Source: Patescibacteria group bacterium
Lineage (GTDB): Bacteria; Patescibacteriota; Minisyncoccia; Phycocordibacterales; DATDWN01
DNA: 50,098 nt
NCBI GenBank assembly: GCA_040389125.1
Contig: JAZKAN010000004.1
Span: forward strand, 1 to 50,098
Reading direction: 5' to 3'
Of this stretch, positions 19,178 through 29,702 are shown piece after piece. The translations under genes were made by a program, and so were the position numbers. Positions within the stretch are counted from its first letter, which is position 1. Every line of letters starts with the position of its first letter. The notes below the pieces were generated by a model that did not search any database, had not been told where the DNA came from, and saw only the letters and a program-made list of their open reading frames with translations.

Positions 19178-19374
19178 CGACACGCGGTAGCGAATACGCC
19201 TTAAGACAAAACTCAGTTTGTGTACAGATAATTAATTGACAAATTGGTAGCATGGTTGCTGGTTGTGAATATGTTGATAAAAATAATAATTATTTTTGGT
19301 GTGCGTGTTATACTATGTGAATGTTGTGTAACACACAAAAAAATTATTCCAAATAAAATAAAACAAACACACGC

Positions 19375-21234
19375 ATGGAAAAACAAAAAAAAATCAAACA
19401 CACTCTGGATAGGGTGTTACCTCTCATAATTTCCTTTGTACTTATTATTTTTCTTTGTTTCGGTTCTATAGCACTAGCTTCTGTTACTATTAGTGGTAGT
19501 GCTATCACCGGTGACTCCTCATTTACTTCTATTGCAGGAGCAGCAAATACAACTATTGATGTTGGATCAACACGGACACTCTCTCTTCAAACTACAAACA
19601 ATGCCCCCATCACAACTGGAAGCGGACTTTTTACGATCGGAGGAAATTTAACAGTTTCTAGTCTCGCTTCAACCACGAATTTAATTGTGAGTGGTATCGC
19701 GAGTACAACCCAATTGGTTATTTCTGGTATTGCAAGTGGAATTCAGTGCCTCCATGTGTCTGCGACAGGACAAGTGACTGGTACAGGATCGGATTGTGGT
19801 ACTGGTTCGGGAGCAAGTGGTGCAACAGCAACTACAACCTGGGCTCTCACTTCCGCAACAACAGTGGTGAATGTTGCCTCATCTACAGCTCCTAGCACAG
19901 GACAAATCCTCACGGCGGTGGACTCTACACATGCAATATGGCAGACTCCAAGTCTAAGCGGCGCAACCGCTACCACAACATGGGCTCTCACTTCAGCAAC
20001 AACGATTGTAAATGTCGCATCATCTACCGCTCCATCTGTGGGTCAAGTTTTGACAGCAGTTGATTCCACACATGCGACGTGGCAGACTCCAAGTACTGGG
20101 GGAACTGTAACTACCACGGGTACTATGACTTCTACAGCTTTGGTCACAAGTGCTGGATCAAACGTAATTCAAAATCCTTCTTCGACTGCTACGCTAGATA
20201 CTAGTGGTAACCTGAGCACTCCGGGATCTGTTTCAACCGGGGCTGGAGGAAGTAATGCTGGGGCACTACAACTTACTCAAGGTACGGCTCCGAGTAGTGG
20301 TACTACTGCCGTAACGATACATGCTCCGACATCAGTTACATCATATAGAATGGTTTTACCAGGAGCTTCTGCAACCGGTTTTTTGCTTGGAACGGATTCT
20401 TCAAATGTTAATACTCTATCTTTTGTTGGTTCTAGTGGAACGGGCAGTGTATGTTTAACTACATCTTGTTCAATGACTACTCCAATCCTTGGAACTCCAA
20501 CGAGTGCAACACTTACTAATGCTACAGGGTTACCACTTTCTACTGGTGTTACCGGAAACTTACCAGTTGCAAACTTAAACAGTGGTACTAGTGCTTCAGC
20601 TACAACTTTCTGGAGAGGTGATGGGACGTGGGCGACGCCGAGCGGAAGTGGAGGAGGAATTTCTGATCCAGGAGGAAATGGTGTGGTAGTTAGGACCGCT
20701 TTAAACACAACTATAAATAGAACAATCACAGCGGGTACCGGTGTAACTGTTACCAATGGTGATGGAATATCAGGAAATCCGACTATAGGTATTACAGCGA
20801 GTAGTGTTACTTCTACTCAATTGGCAGCAGTAAATACTCGTCACGTCTGTGATATAGGAGTAGGTGACACATCTGGAAGTGCTATCACAAATGCTCAACT
20901 TGGTCCTCAAAAAAGAATGTGTTTTATCCCTGCTGCGGCAACTCTAATCGAAGTGGATGTGTCAGCAGATGCTGGGACACCAAACGTGATTCTAGGTCGC
21001 AACGTAGCTGGTACACTAGTAAATGTTCTTTCATCAGCGCTTGCAACAGCAGCATCAGGAGGTATTGCTTGTTCTAACACGGGTGGTACTACAGGCATTG
21101 ATGGAGCCACAACATGTTCTGCTACTTTACAAAACACCACGTTAGCTGCGGGGTCATATTTGGAACTGGTGAGTGGTACTGCGGGTGGTACGGCCAAATT
21201 AATGACTATTCATGCGGTTTACACGATAAATTAA
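19375..21234 (+). CDS. Secreted tail-fibre-like surface protein, paralog 2
   Basis: Its N-terminal ~290 aa are collinear with 13845-16217, including 100%-identical DNA tracts. The C-terminal ~150 aa are unrelated. Confidence 0.7.
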   Translation: MEKQKKIKHTLDRVLPLIISFVLIIFLCFGSIALASVTISGSAITGDSSFTSIAGAANTTIDVGSTRTLSLQTTNNAPITTGSGLFTIGGNLTVSSLASTTNLIVSGIASTTQLVISGIASGIQCLHVSATGQVTGTGSDCGTGSGASGATATTTWALTSATTVVNVASSTAPSTGQILTAVDSTHAIWQTPSLSGATATTTWALTSATTIVNVASSTAPSVGQVLTAVDSTHATWQTPSTGGTVTTTGTMTSTALVTSAGSNVIQNPSSTATLDTSGNLSTPGSVSTGAGGSNAGALQLTQGTAPSSGTTAVTIHAPTSVTSYRMVLPGASATGFLLGTDSSNVNTLSFVGSSGTGSVCLTTSCSMTTPILGTPTSATLTNATGLPLSTGVTGNLPVANLNSGTSASATTFWRGDGTWATPSGSGGGISDPGGNGVVVRTALNTTINRTITAGTGVTVTNGDGISGNPTIGITASSVTSTQLAAVNTRHVCDIGVGDTSGSAITNAQLGPQKRMCFIPAAATLIEVDVSADAGTPNVILGRNVAGTLVNVLSSALATAASGGIACSNTGGTTGIDGATTCSATLQNTTLAAGSYLELVSGTAGGTAKLMTIHAVYTIN

Positions 21235-21235
21235 T

Positions 21236-21982
21236 ATGACCAAAAAATTATCAAGCGCGATATTGTTGATAGCTGTCATACTGCTATTTCCAGGTTCATC
21301 TTTTGCAATGATCCGTATTCCTGGACCTGGAGGTGCGCCGGCGTCAGGTGGAGGGGGTGGTGGTCCTACTCTCGTGGCTGCGGGATCGGGCCAAACTGTT
21401 CTTGATGCACAAACTTCGGCAACTATAACAGTGAATACCACTGGCGTTGACTTTATGCTCTCTGTGGCGGATTCAGCGGGAATTACCCCCAGTGTAGATA
21501 CTGGGGGAACTCAAGGGGTAACATGGGGCACCAATACTATTGGTCCTCAAACCGGTGTTGGAGGTAGCGGTTTCACTGGGTCATACATCCATACACCAAC
21601 GGTTAGTGCATCATATGCAGTTAAATGGAATTTGCGGTTTGGTCATTCCGCTGTATTGTCGTTCTCAGGTTTCTCTACTGGTACGTATGATACCGGCAAA
21701 TTAGTATTGAATTCAAACGCCTCAGCGAGTAGTATTTCTCCAGGTACGCTTACTCCCTCCACAAACGGTAGTATTATTGTGACGGATCTTTATACCGGTG
21801 GCTCAAATGTGACCATTGATGCTCCTTCAGGATTTACCATTGTTTCTGATCTCAACTCGGCCTCAAGTGGACGTCATGTGGTGGCATGGAAGTATCAGGC
21901 TACTGCCGCTGCTGTTACACCGACATGGAGCCAAACAGGAAGCACTTTCATGGGTTCTACGATGATAGTCTTCAAACCATAA
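21236..21982 (+). CDS. Secreted hypothetical protein (poly-Gly linker after signal peptide)
   Basis: Signal peptide LLFPGSSFA, a GGGGGG tract, and a 1-nt gap to the upstream gene (operon). Confidence 0.6.
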   Translation: MTKKLSSAILLIAVILLFPGSSFAMIRIPGPGGAPASGGGGGGPTLVAAGSGQTVLDAQTSATITVNTTGVDFMLSVADSAGITPSVDTGGTQGVTWGTNTIGPQTGVGGSGFTGSYIHTPTVSASYAVKWNLRFGHSAVLSFSGFSTGTYDTGKLVLNSNASASSISPGTLTPSTNGSIIVTDLYTGGSNVTIDAPSGFTIVSDLNSASSGRHVVAWKYQATAAAVTPTWSQTGSTFMGSTMIVFKP

Positions 21983-21989
21983 CAACATA

Positions 21990-23282
21990 ATGATAAAAAA
22001 ATTATTATTTATAATTTTCATTACTCTCGCTTATTTTCACGCTTATTCTCACGTGTCTGCACTGGGATGGACGCAATTAACGGGTACGGCACTCGTTCCA
22101 AGCGGACTATGTCCCTCGGGAACATCTGGTGATTGTAGTGCAGTGATTGAGGCATGGTCAGGAGGTGTTGCTGATACTTTGCGCAATCGCTTGATTTTCT
22201 ATGGAGGAGGTCATGGTGATTACAATGGTAACGAGGTATACGCGATCTATCCAGCGGGCACAACGCCAGTAGGAATAGCGTGTAGTTCTGGTACTGCACC
22301 TGCAATCTGTCGAATTAAAGACCGTAGTGCCAGTCTTCAATCCGTAAGTGCTCCGTCATGTTCTCTCACTGCAGATGGAACAAATATGAATTCGAGGCAC
22401 ACATATGCTAGTCCATCCTATTTGAGTGGTCTTGATTTGCTGTATACGATGGGAGGATCAATTACCTGTGCAACGGGAGCGCATTTTGGCGATACCTGGA
22501 CATTGGATCTGGCAAATATAACAAACAACTGGATTGCAAAAGATCCGGCCAACGGTTCAGGCACCAAGCCCCGCGATATTTGTAGTGGTTGTGGTAGTTC
22601 AGGACAGGGTCCCTGGGTTTATGCAGTGTGGGACTCTGCTCGTCAACTTGTGTTTACCCAGAGTGGCTTGTACCCGTCCCAGGCAGGTGCGTACCTGTGG
22701 TCTTGGGTACCCTCGACAAATACGTACGCAGTAACAACCGCCAATGCGTTGGTTTCAACCTATGCATCCTGGGTCATAGATCCACTGCGTCATCGACTCT
22801 ACATAATCGGTCCCGATGATTGTTGTAGTGGGGGTGGTCCTGTCAGTCAAATGGGTACGGCACGTATTTCCTATATCGATATTTCGAGCGGAGGATCGTA
22901 TGCAAACACTATAGTGAATCTGTCTGGAGCAGGATGTAACGGACTTGCGGGCGCTCCTGCTCCCGGAGTGGCCTACGATTCCGCTATTGATAGGATTGTT
23001 GGGTGGCCAAACTTTGGTAACACGGTATACTTATTCGATCCAGCAACTGGGACCTGCACCACCCAAACATTCTCAGGTGGTCCACCGGACTCTCGTAATG
23101 CAAGTAACTCCGTGTCTACGACCGGTACATTTGGTAGATTCCAGTATTTCCCATCACTCGATACCTTTGTTGTGGTTAATGATGGTAGTACTGACGCGTA
23201 TGCACTGAGTATCGCAACTCCCGTAGCTACGGTATTAACTGGTTCAGCAAAATTACAAGGTAATGCAAAACTTTCAAATTAG
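21990..23282 (+). CDS. Secreted Kelch-like beta-propeller protein
   Basis: Signal peptide and repeated strands such as RLIFYGGGHGDY, LLYTMGG...WTLD and RLYIIGP. Confidence 0.6.
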   Translation: MIKKLLFIIFITLAYFHAYSHVSALGWTQLTGTALVPSGLCPSGTSGDCSAVIEAWSGGVADTLRNRLIFYGGGHGDYNGNEVYAIYPAGTTPVGIACSSGTAPAICRIKDRSASLQSVSAPSCSLTADGTNMNSRHTYASPSYLSGLDLLYTMGGSITCATGAHFGDTWTLDLANITNNWIAKDPANGSGTKPRDICSGCGSSGQGPWVYAVWDSARQLVFTQSGLYPSQAGAYLWSWVPSTNTYAVTTANALVSTYASWVIDPLRHRLYIIGPDDCCSGGGPVSQMGTARISYIDISSGGSYANTIVNLSGAGCNGLAGAPAPGVAYDSAIDRIVGWPNFGNTVYLFDPATGTCTTQTFSGGPPDSRNASNSVSTTGTFGRFQYFPSLDTFVVVNDGSTDAYALSIATPVATVLTGSAKLQGNAKLSN

Positions 23283-23317
23283 GTAATGCAAAATTTTAAA
23301 AGTGATCCTTACAAATT

Positions 23318-25195
23318 ATGAATAAAAAATTTTACATCATTCTCATACTCCTATGTGTATCCGGCTGGGGAACAAGGACTGCTTTTGCATCTCCTGTTAC
23401 ATTTAGTAGTGACACCACTCTCGCACTCTCATCTCCAGCAATAAACTTAACAGCTGTTGCCGGTTCTGTTGCAGATCAAATTGTAGTGAATGCAGGTACA
23501 TTGGTCGTCAGCATGTCAAATACTACTGGTGGAACATTTGTCTTTACATCTCCGAGAGCTATGTCAGTTGGTACAAGTGGAAGCGGTGGAACAGTACAGC
23601 AAACATGTTCTGGTGGTATTGAAACGGTGACAATAACTCAATTGAGCAGTTCAGAAGTCTTTACCTTTACACCAACTGGTTCTGCATGTTCTGGTACACC
23701 AGATGCTCCAACTATAGGTGTTGCGACTGCGGGTAATGCCCAAGCGACAGTCACATATACTGCGCCGGTATCAAATGGTGGATCATCGATACTGTATTAT
23801 ATGGCAGTTTCTAGTCCAGGAAACATTATGAGTGCAACCACGAGTGCGACTTCAGTTGTTGTTACTGGTTTAACAAACGGAACCCCATACACTTTTACAG
23901 TAACTGCTACAAATGCAAATGGAACCTCGACCCCTTCTAGCTCTTCAAATTCTATTTCACCTACAGATGGCATCCCAATTCTTTCTTCTATATCATCTGG
24001 AAGTCCGGGTGCTACTTCGGCAACAATTACATGGGTGACTGATTTAGCTTCTAATTCTCAGGTTGAATATGGTTTAAGTAGTGTATACACCGCTTCGTCT
24101 ACTCTGGATTCAACATTGACTACATCTCACTCTGTTGTTCTGTCTGGTTTATCACAAGCTACGACATATCATTATAGGGTGATGAGTTCAAATGGTGTGG
24201 CTACAACATCGGTAGATTATACCTTTACAACTACTACACAGTCTTCAGGCGGTTCATCTGGAGGAGGAGGTGGCGGGGGTGGCGGCGGCTCGTATGTAGC
24301 TCCAAATGTAAATATCAGCAACTTTAAATCATCCTCGCTTAACTCAGGAGTGTATCTGACCTGGACCAATCCGACAGATCCTTCTTTTCTGAAAACAGTG
24401 ATTATGAGAAAACTGGGCAGTTTTTCTACCAGTACGACAGACGGAGTAAGTATTTTTGAAGGTACTGCCGGTTTTTACATCGATTCAAATCTGGTAAATG
24501 GTGTAACATATTACTATACTGCATTTTCTGTAACACCGTCAGGGGTAAATACAGCGGTCAGATCCACCATTCAAGGAACGCCATTAGGAAATTCTTTGAC
24601 TCCTAGTGTTCCCATAACTACTCCAACCATTCCGCCTGTCTCAAATCCAGTTGGAACTACTGGATCAGGATCCAACGCATCATTATTGCCACGTGTATTA
24701 TCTCTATCTCTATCGGGTGATGATGTAGTATGGTTGCAAAAATTCTTGATTACTAATGGGTATCTTGCATCGGGATACGCTACTGGCTATTTTGGATCAT
24801 TGACAGAGAAAGCGGTTCAGAAGTTTCAATCTGCAGTAGGAATATTGTCACAAGGTAGTTCTCGTACAAATGGGTATGGAATAGTGGGGATAAAAACAAG
24901 ACTCGCAATACTGGCTCGTGTAACAGGTTCAAGTGGAACTCAGACTACACCCCAAACTACACCTCAAGCAACGAATCAATTTACTCGAAATTTGTCACTG
25001 TACATGAAAGGAAATGACGTCAAATTACTCCAGATATTCTTGCAATCCAAAGGCTATTTACCATCTACTCTCGTTCCAACTACTTTGTTTGGAAATATGA
25101 CGTATAGTGCACTTGTTAAATATCAAAAAGATATGGGTATTTCTCCGGCTTCTGGCTATTTTGGACCACTCACTCGAAAAGTAGTGAATCAGTAA
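23318..25195 (+). CDS. Secreted protein with FN3 modules, poly-Gly linker and two C-terminal peptidoglycan-binding (PG_binding_1-like) domains
   Basis: FN3 patterns (PDAPTIGVATAGNAQATVTYTAP..NGGS.I..Y; TNGTPYTFTVTATNANG). The motif GDDV..LQ.FL...GYL......GYFG.LT..AV..FQ occurs twice. Confidence 0.7.
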   Translation: MNKKFYIILILLCVSGWGTRTAFASPVTFSSDTTLALSSPAINLTAVAGSVADQIVVNAGTLVVSMSNTTGGTFVFTSPRAMSVGTSGSGGTVQQTCSGGIETVTITQLSSSEVFTFTPTGSACSGTPDAPTIGVATAGNAQATVTYTAPVSNGGSSILYYMAVSSPGNIMSATTSATSVVVTGLTNGTPYTFTVTATNANGTSTPSSSSNSISPTDGIPILSSISSGSPGATSATITWVTDLASNSQVEYGLSSVYTASSTLDSTLTTSHSVVLSGLSQATTYHYRVMSSNGVATTSVDYTFTTTTQSSGGSSGGGGGGGGGGSYVAPNVNISNFKSSSLNSGVYLTWTNPTDPSFLKTVIMRKLGSFSTSTTDGVSIFEGTAGFYIDSNLVNGVTYYYTAFSVTPSGVNTAVRSTIQGTPLGNSLTPSVPITTPTIPPVSNPVGTTGSGSNASLLPRVLSLSLSGDDVVWLQKFLITNGYLASGYATGYFGSLTEKAVQKFQSAVGILSQGSSRTNGYGIVGIKTRLAILARVTGSSGTQTTPQTTPQATNQFTRNLSLYMKGNDVKLLQIFLQSKGYLPSTLVPTTLFGNMTYSALVKYQKDMGISPASGYFGPLTRKVVNQ

Positions 25196-25256
25196 TATAA
25201 ATAATTGCATCGAAAAATATACAATGATACACTTCTTACGTTCAGATCTATTATAA

Positions 25257-26612
<1,356 letters not shown>

Positions 26613-26622
26613 ATTTAAATAG

Positions 26623-26652
26623 AAAAGGGTGGTCGTGAGGCCACCCTTTTAC
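26623..26652 (+). terminator. Rho-independent terminator of eno
   Basis: aaaaGGGTGGtcgtgaggCCACCCtttt. Confidence 0.6.
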
Positions 26653-26667
26653 GATACTAATACTAAA

Positions 26668-26696
26668 TTGACGGTAAGTGAGTTTCGTATTAAGAT
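26668..26696 (+). promoter_or_regulatory. Sigma70-type promoter TTGACG-17-TAAGAT
   Basis: TTGACG at 26668-26673, an exact 17-nt spacer, TAAGAT at 26691-26696. GGAGG follows at 26703-26707 and ATG at 26713. Confidence 0.55.
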
Positions 26697-26712
26697 TCTA
26701 GGGGAGGGACTA

Positions 26713-27288
26713 ATGTCTACTGTTCTATCAATCATTGCTCGTCCAGGGACCGGTAAAACAACCCAGATGGAATTTTTGGAAAATCTGGGGTTTCATCCTT
26801 TGGTAATGAGTCGACTTCTGGTATTGGCTGGCTATAATATCGCTCCAGGCAAGTTGCTTTCTGATGAGGTGGCAAATAGCGTAATACTACGTGATTTTCA
26901 CCCATTGCTGAGCCGACGGGAACGCCTTATTCTCTTGGATGGGTTTCCCAGGACAGTAGGGCAACTTATGTTTGGAGAAAGACTAGTCAGGTCATATAAT
27001 GGGGATAAAATCCTATATTTGTACCTGAATATCTCTCAAGAAGAGGCACTGGAGAGACTACGAGAAAGAGTGAGAAGGACTCCTCCGGAGCAACTCAGGC
27101 CTGACGATAATGAGAAGGTCTTCATTGAACGATTCTCGGAGTTTGATAAAAAAACTAGTGCCGTCATCGAGACCCTGCGGCGAGACAAGGGAGAACTCGG
27201 ATCTTTCATCGAGATTAATGCCTCGGCGGGGAAGATGCAGGTATTTGAGGAGATTGTCCGTAGTCTCGCAGATCATGTTTGTGTGTAG
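26713..27288 (+). CDS. Adenylate-kinase-family P-loop protein (divergent)
   Basis: ARPGTGKTTQ P-loop and the LLDGFPRT motif typical of adenylate kinases. G+C is higher than in eno. Start taken at MSTVLS after the GGAGG RBS. Confidence 0.6.
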   Translation: MSTVLSIIARPGTGKTTQMEFLENLGFHPLVMSRLLVLAGYNIAPGKLLSDEVANSVILRDFHPLLSRRERLILLDGFPRTVGQLMFGERLVRSYNGDKILYLYLNISQEEALERLRERVRRTPPEQLRPDDNEKVFIERFSEFDKKTSAVIETLRRDKGELGSFIEINASAGKMQVFEEIVRSLADHVCV

Positions 27289-27300
27289 TTTGGGTTTCGG

Positions 27301-27324
27301 GTGGGCCTCCGGGCCCGCTTTTTT
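27301..27324 (+). terminator. Rho-independent terminator (first of two copies of CCTCCGGGCCCGCTTTTTT)
   Basis: Stem GTGGGCC/GGCCCGC with loop tccg, then T6. The same 19-mer recurs at 27438-27456. Confidence 0.6.
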
Positions 27325-27544
27325 AATTCAGAATTCTCGGCTCCCTACAGGAGCAGTACACCTTGTCGACCTTTTCGTTCGTAATACTCCGAAAAGTTCT
27401 GGCAAGGTCTTGCGCCTGGGTCCCTGGCCCAGGCTCACCTCCGGGCCCGCTTTTTTTATTCAACTATTCACATGAAGAGCATTGCGTATTTTCATCTTTG
27501 GCTTCATAATTAATCCAGGTTTATTATTATTTAATTTTTTCAAT

Positions 27545-27763
27545 ATGAAGGCACTTCACATGATTGCATTTATTTTACTCGTTGTCGGTGGACTCAACTG
27601 GCTACTCGTTGCATTTGGGTACAACCTTGTTGACTCAATTTTCGGTATGGGTTCAATGATTGCAAAAATTATCTACATTCTCGTAGGTCTTTCAGCCATC
27701 CTTGAGGCAGTTACACACAAAAGTAACTGTATGTGTTGCGAGGCAAAGCCAACAACAATGTAA
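27545..27763 (+). CDS. DUF378-family small membrane protein
   Basis: IAFILLVVGGLNWLLVAFGYNLV is the typical DUF378 (YuzA-like) motif, with two TM helices. Confidence 0.7.
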   Translation: MKALHMIAFILLVVGGLNWLLVAFGYNLVDSIFGMGSMIAKIIYILVGLSAILEAVTHKSNCMCCEAKPTTM

Positions 27764-27784
27764 TCACTCAAATATTTTGATAAT

Positions 27785-27811
27785 AAAAACACCGAGAAAT
27801 TCGGTGTTTTT
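27785..27811. terminator. Bidirectional terminator
   Basis: Perfect 11-bp stem AAAAACACCGA/TCGGTGTTTTT with loop gaaat, between convergent genes. Confidence 0.7.
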
Positions 27812-27812
27812 A

Positions 27813-28025
27813 TTATTCCTCTGCATCCAATAATTTTTTAATACTATCACTCATCTTGTTTACCTCGTCTATAATAGTTGATAATTTTTGTTTCGTATTG
27901 TCATCTAATGCGTTATTACATAGTGCAATCTCGCTATTTATTTTGATTACGGATAGGGGAGTACGCAAATCATGTGCAATTTTGTGAATAAAATTTTTTC
28001 TTTGTTGTTTTTCGAAAAAAATCAT
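27813..28025 (-). CDS. Stand-alone histidine-kinase DHp (HisKA) domain protein, ~70 aa, no ATPase domain
   Basis: H-box FIHKIAHDLRTPLSVI followed by a second helix. The ORF ends directly at the bidirectional terminator. An alternative TTG start at 28058 overlaps the response regulator gene. Confidence 0.55.
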   Translation of the reverse strand: MIFFEKQQRKNFIHKIAHDLRTPLSVIKINSEIALCNNALDDNTKQKLSTIIDEVNKMSDSIKKLLDAEE

Positions 28026-28035
28026 GTTTCTGAGT

Positions 28036-28710
28036 TTATGTTTTAAGCCTGTACCCAACTCCGCGAATTGTTTCTACGAGATCTTTGATTCCATACGATG
28101 CAAGTTTTTTTCTTAGGTTTTTAATATGAACATCTACAACATTCGTAAATGAAATAAAGTTGAAATCCCACAAATGACTCAGGAGTTCCTCACGGTTTAT
28201 CACTCTATTTGGATTTCTCATAAAATACTCCAACAGAACAAACTCCTTTAGGGTGAGTGCTAATACGATGTCACCTTTTTTTACAACGTGTTTAGCCGGG
28301 TCTAGTTCCATGCCTTGGGCCTTGAGAATAGTTGGTACCATTTCTGTGGGGCGGCGCGAGAGTGCCATAATTCGTGCACACAATTCATCAAAGGAAAATG
28401 GTTTAATAATATAATCATCTGCACCTGCAAGAAGAAGATCCACTTTGTTTTGAACATCACTATTTGCAGTTAGAATGAGAATCGGTGTGGTAATTTTATC
28501 TTTTCTGAGAGCCTTACAAATTTCTTGTCCATCCATACCCGGCAATGTGAGGTCAAGCACAATAATATCGTAATCACTGTGATTTAGTCGGATACGATCA
28601 TAGGCTTTTTGACCATCGTGTATAATATCAACCGCATACCCTTTTTGGGTTAGTCCCTGGGCCAGAGCAGTTGCTAAATTTTTTTCATCTTCAACGAGAA
28701 TAATTCTCAT
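28036..28710 (-). CDS. OmpR/PhoB-family response regulator
   Basis: Receiver motifs (ILVEDE, DIIVLDLTLPGMDG, LTA, K) and a winged-helix C-terminus (LTLKEF.LLEYF..N..RV..REELL..LWD...VDVHI.NLRKKL). Confidence 0.85.
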   Translation of the reverse strand: MRIILVEDEKNLATALAQGLTQKGYAVDIIHDGQKAYDRIRLNHSDYDIIVLDLTLPGMDGQEICKALRKDKITTPILILTANSDVQNKVDLLLAGADDYIIKPFSFDELCARIMALSRRPTEMVPTILKAQGMELDPAKHVVKKGDIVLALTLKEFVLLEYFMRNPNRVINREELLSHLWDFNFISFTNVVDVHIKNLRKKLASYGIKDLVETIRGVGYRLKT

Positions 28711-28887
28711 AAATTAATTTATTTTAGAATAAGATTTACAATAACTATTGAATTAAGTATACCAAGAATTCAGTTTGTGCAATCCCTCAGTACTATATTT
28801 AGTATTTCATATTCAACATGAAAAAATCATGAACTCTATGTATATACAGTTATGCCCCGCGATAGGCGAGGCATAACTACGGTATTA

Positions 28888-29586
28888 CTATCGTACTGTA
28901 ACACTATTTGGCCATGTTACAGACACATTACCATTTGCATCAACGGCTTCTACCATAAAGTAGTAGAACTGCGCGGTATTTGCATTAACATTGGAAATAG
29001 TGAGGGATTTTGCGGTTGTGAGATTTGAATCCGCTAGTACATTGCCACTAATAAATGGCTCTGATGTTGGACTCGTATTTTCTGAGAATATAAGTGGAGT
29101 ATTACTGTAGAATAGTTTTGCACGAGCGAGTTTGTCTGTGCTCCAAGAAACAGTAATCGCTCCTGTTGTCGTTGCATTACTTGCTGTAGTAGTGCTTATA
29201 CCTACACTGTATATGAACGGTGCACTGGCGCCACTTGTTGTTCCTCCATTATCCTGACCATATCCTCCATTTAGAATGAGCTCGTTTATTTTTCCACGAG
29301 TTATCGGGCCTACTCGTCCCACTACATCTATACCATATTTAGCTTGGAATCTACTTACTGCAGCTGCGGTAAGTGTTCCGTAATATCCAGTCACGAGACC
29401 ACTTGGATAAATACTTGAATCTTGTGCTAAAAATGTTTGAAGGGTGGTTACATCACTGCCTTGCGAGCCCTGACTGAGGCTTGCCGAGATTGTAGACAAT
29501 GCAAACGCCTTACCAGAAAATGCTGGCATGAGTACAAACGCACATACTGCAATCATACCCAGTACATATTTTAATTTTTGTGTCAT
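28888..29586 (-). CDS. Secreted protein with PG_binding_1-like domain and C-terminal Ig/FN3-like domain
   Basis: Signal peptide, then GSDVTTLQTFLA......GLVTGYYGTLTAAAVSRFQ. The promoter TTTACA-17-TAATAT ends 6 nt before the ATG. Confidence 0.65.
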   Translation of the reverse strand: MTQKLKYVLGMIAVCAFVLMPAFSGKAFALSTISASLSQGSQGSDVTTLQTFLAQDSSIYPSGLVTGYYGTLTAAAVSRFQAKYGIDVVGRVGPITRGKINELILNGGYGQDNGGTTSGASAPFIYSVGISTTTASNATTTGAITVSWSTDKLARAKLFYSNTPLIFSENTSPTSEPFISGNVLADSNLTTAKSLTISNVNANTAQFYYFMVEAVDANGNVSVTWPNSVTVR

Positions 29587-29702
29587 AATTTTATATTATT
29601 AATTTTATTAATGCATGTAAAATCCACATTAATAACACTACTTTTGACGTATCGCCCTATACATTATGACAACATGCACATGTGCATACGATGAAGAAAG
29701 AA

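Noticed and set aside
14291-20090. The near-identical ~140-nt modules in the fibre-like genes looked like a template/variable repeat pair of a diversity-generating retroelement.
   Set aside because: No reverse transcriptase ORF (no YxDD-type motif) lies anywhere in the window. The repeats sit in the N-terminal/central shaft, not at a C-terminal lectin-fold tip. The mismatches between copies are not restricted to adenine positions. Gene conversion between paralogs explains them better.
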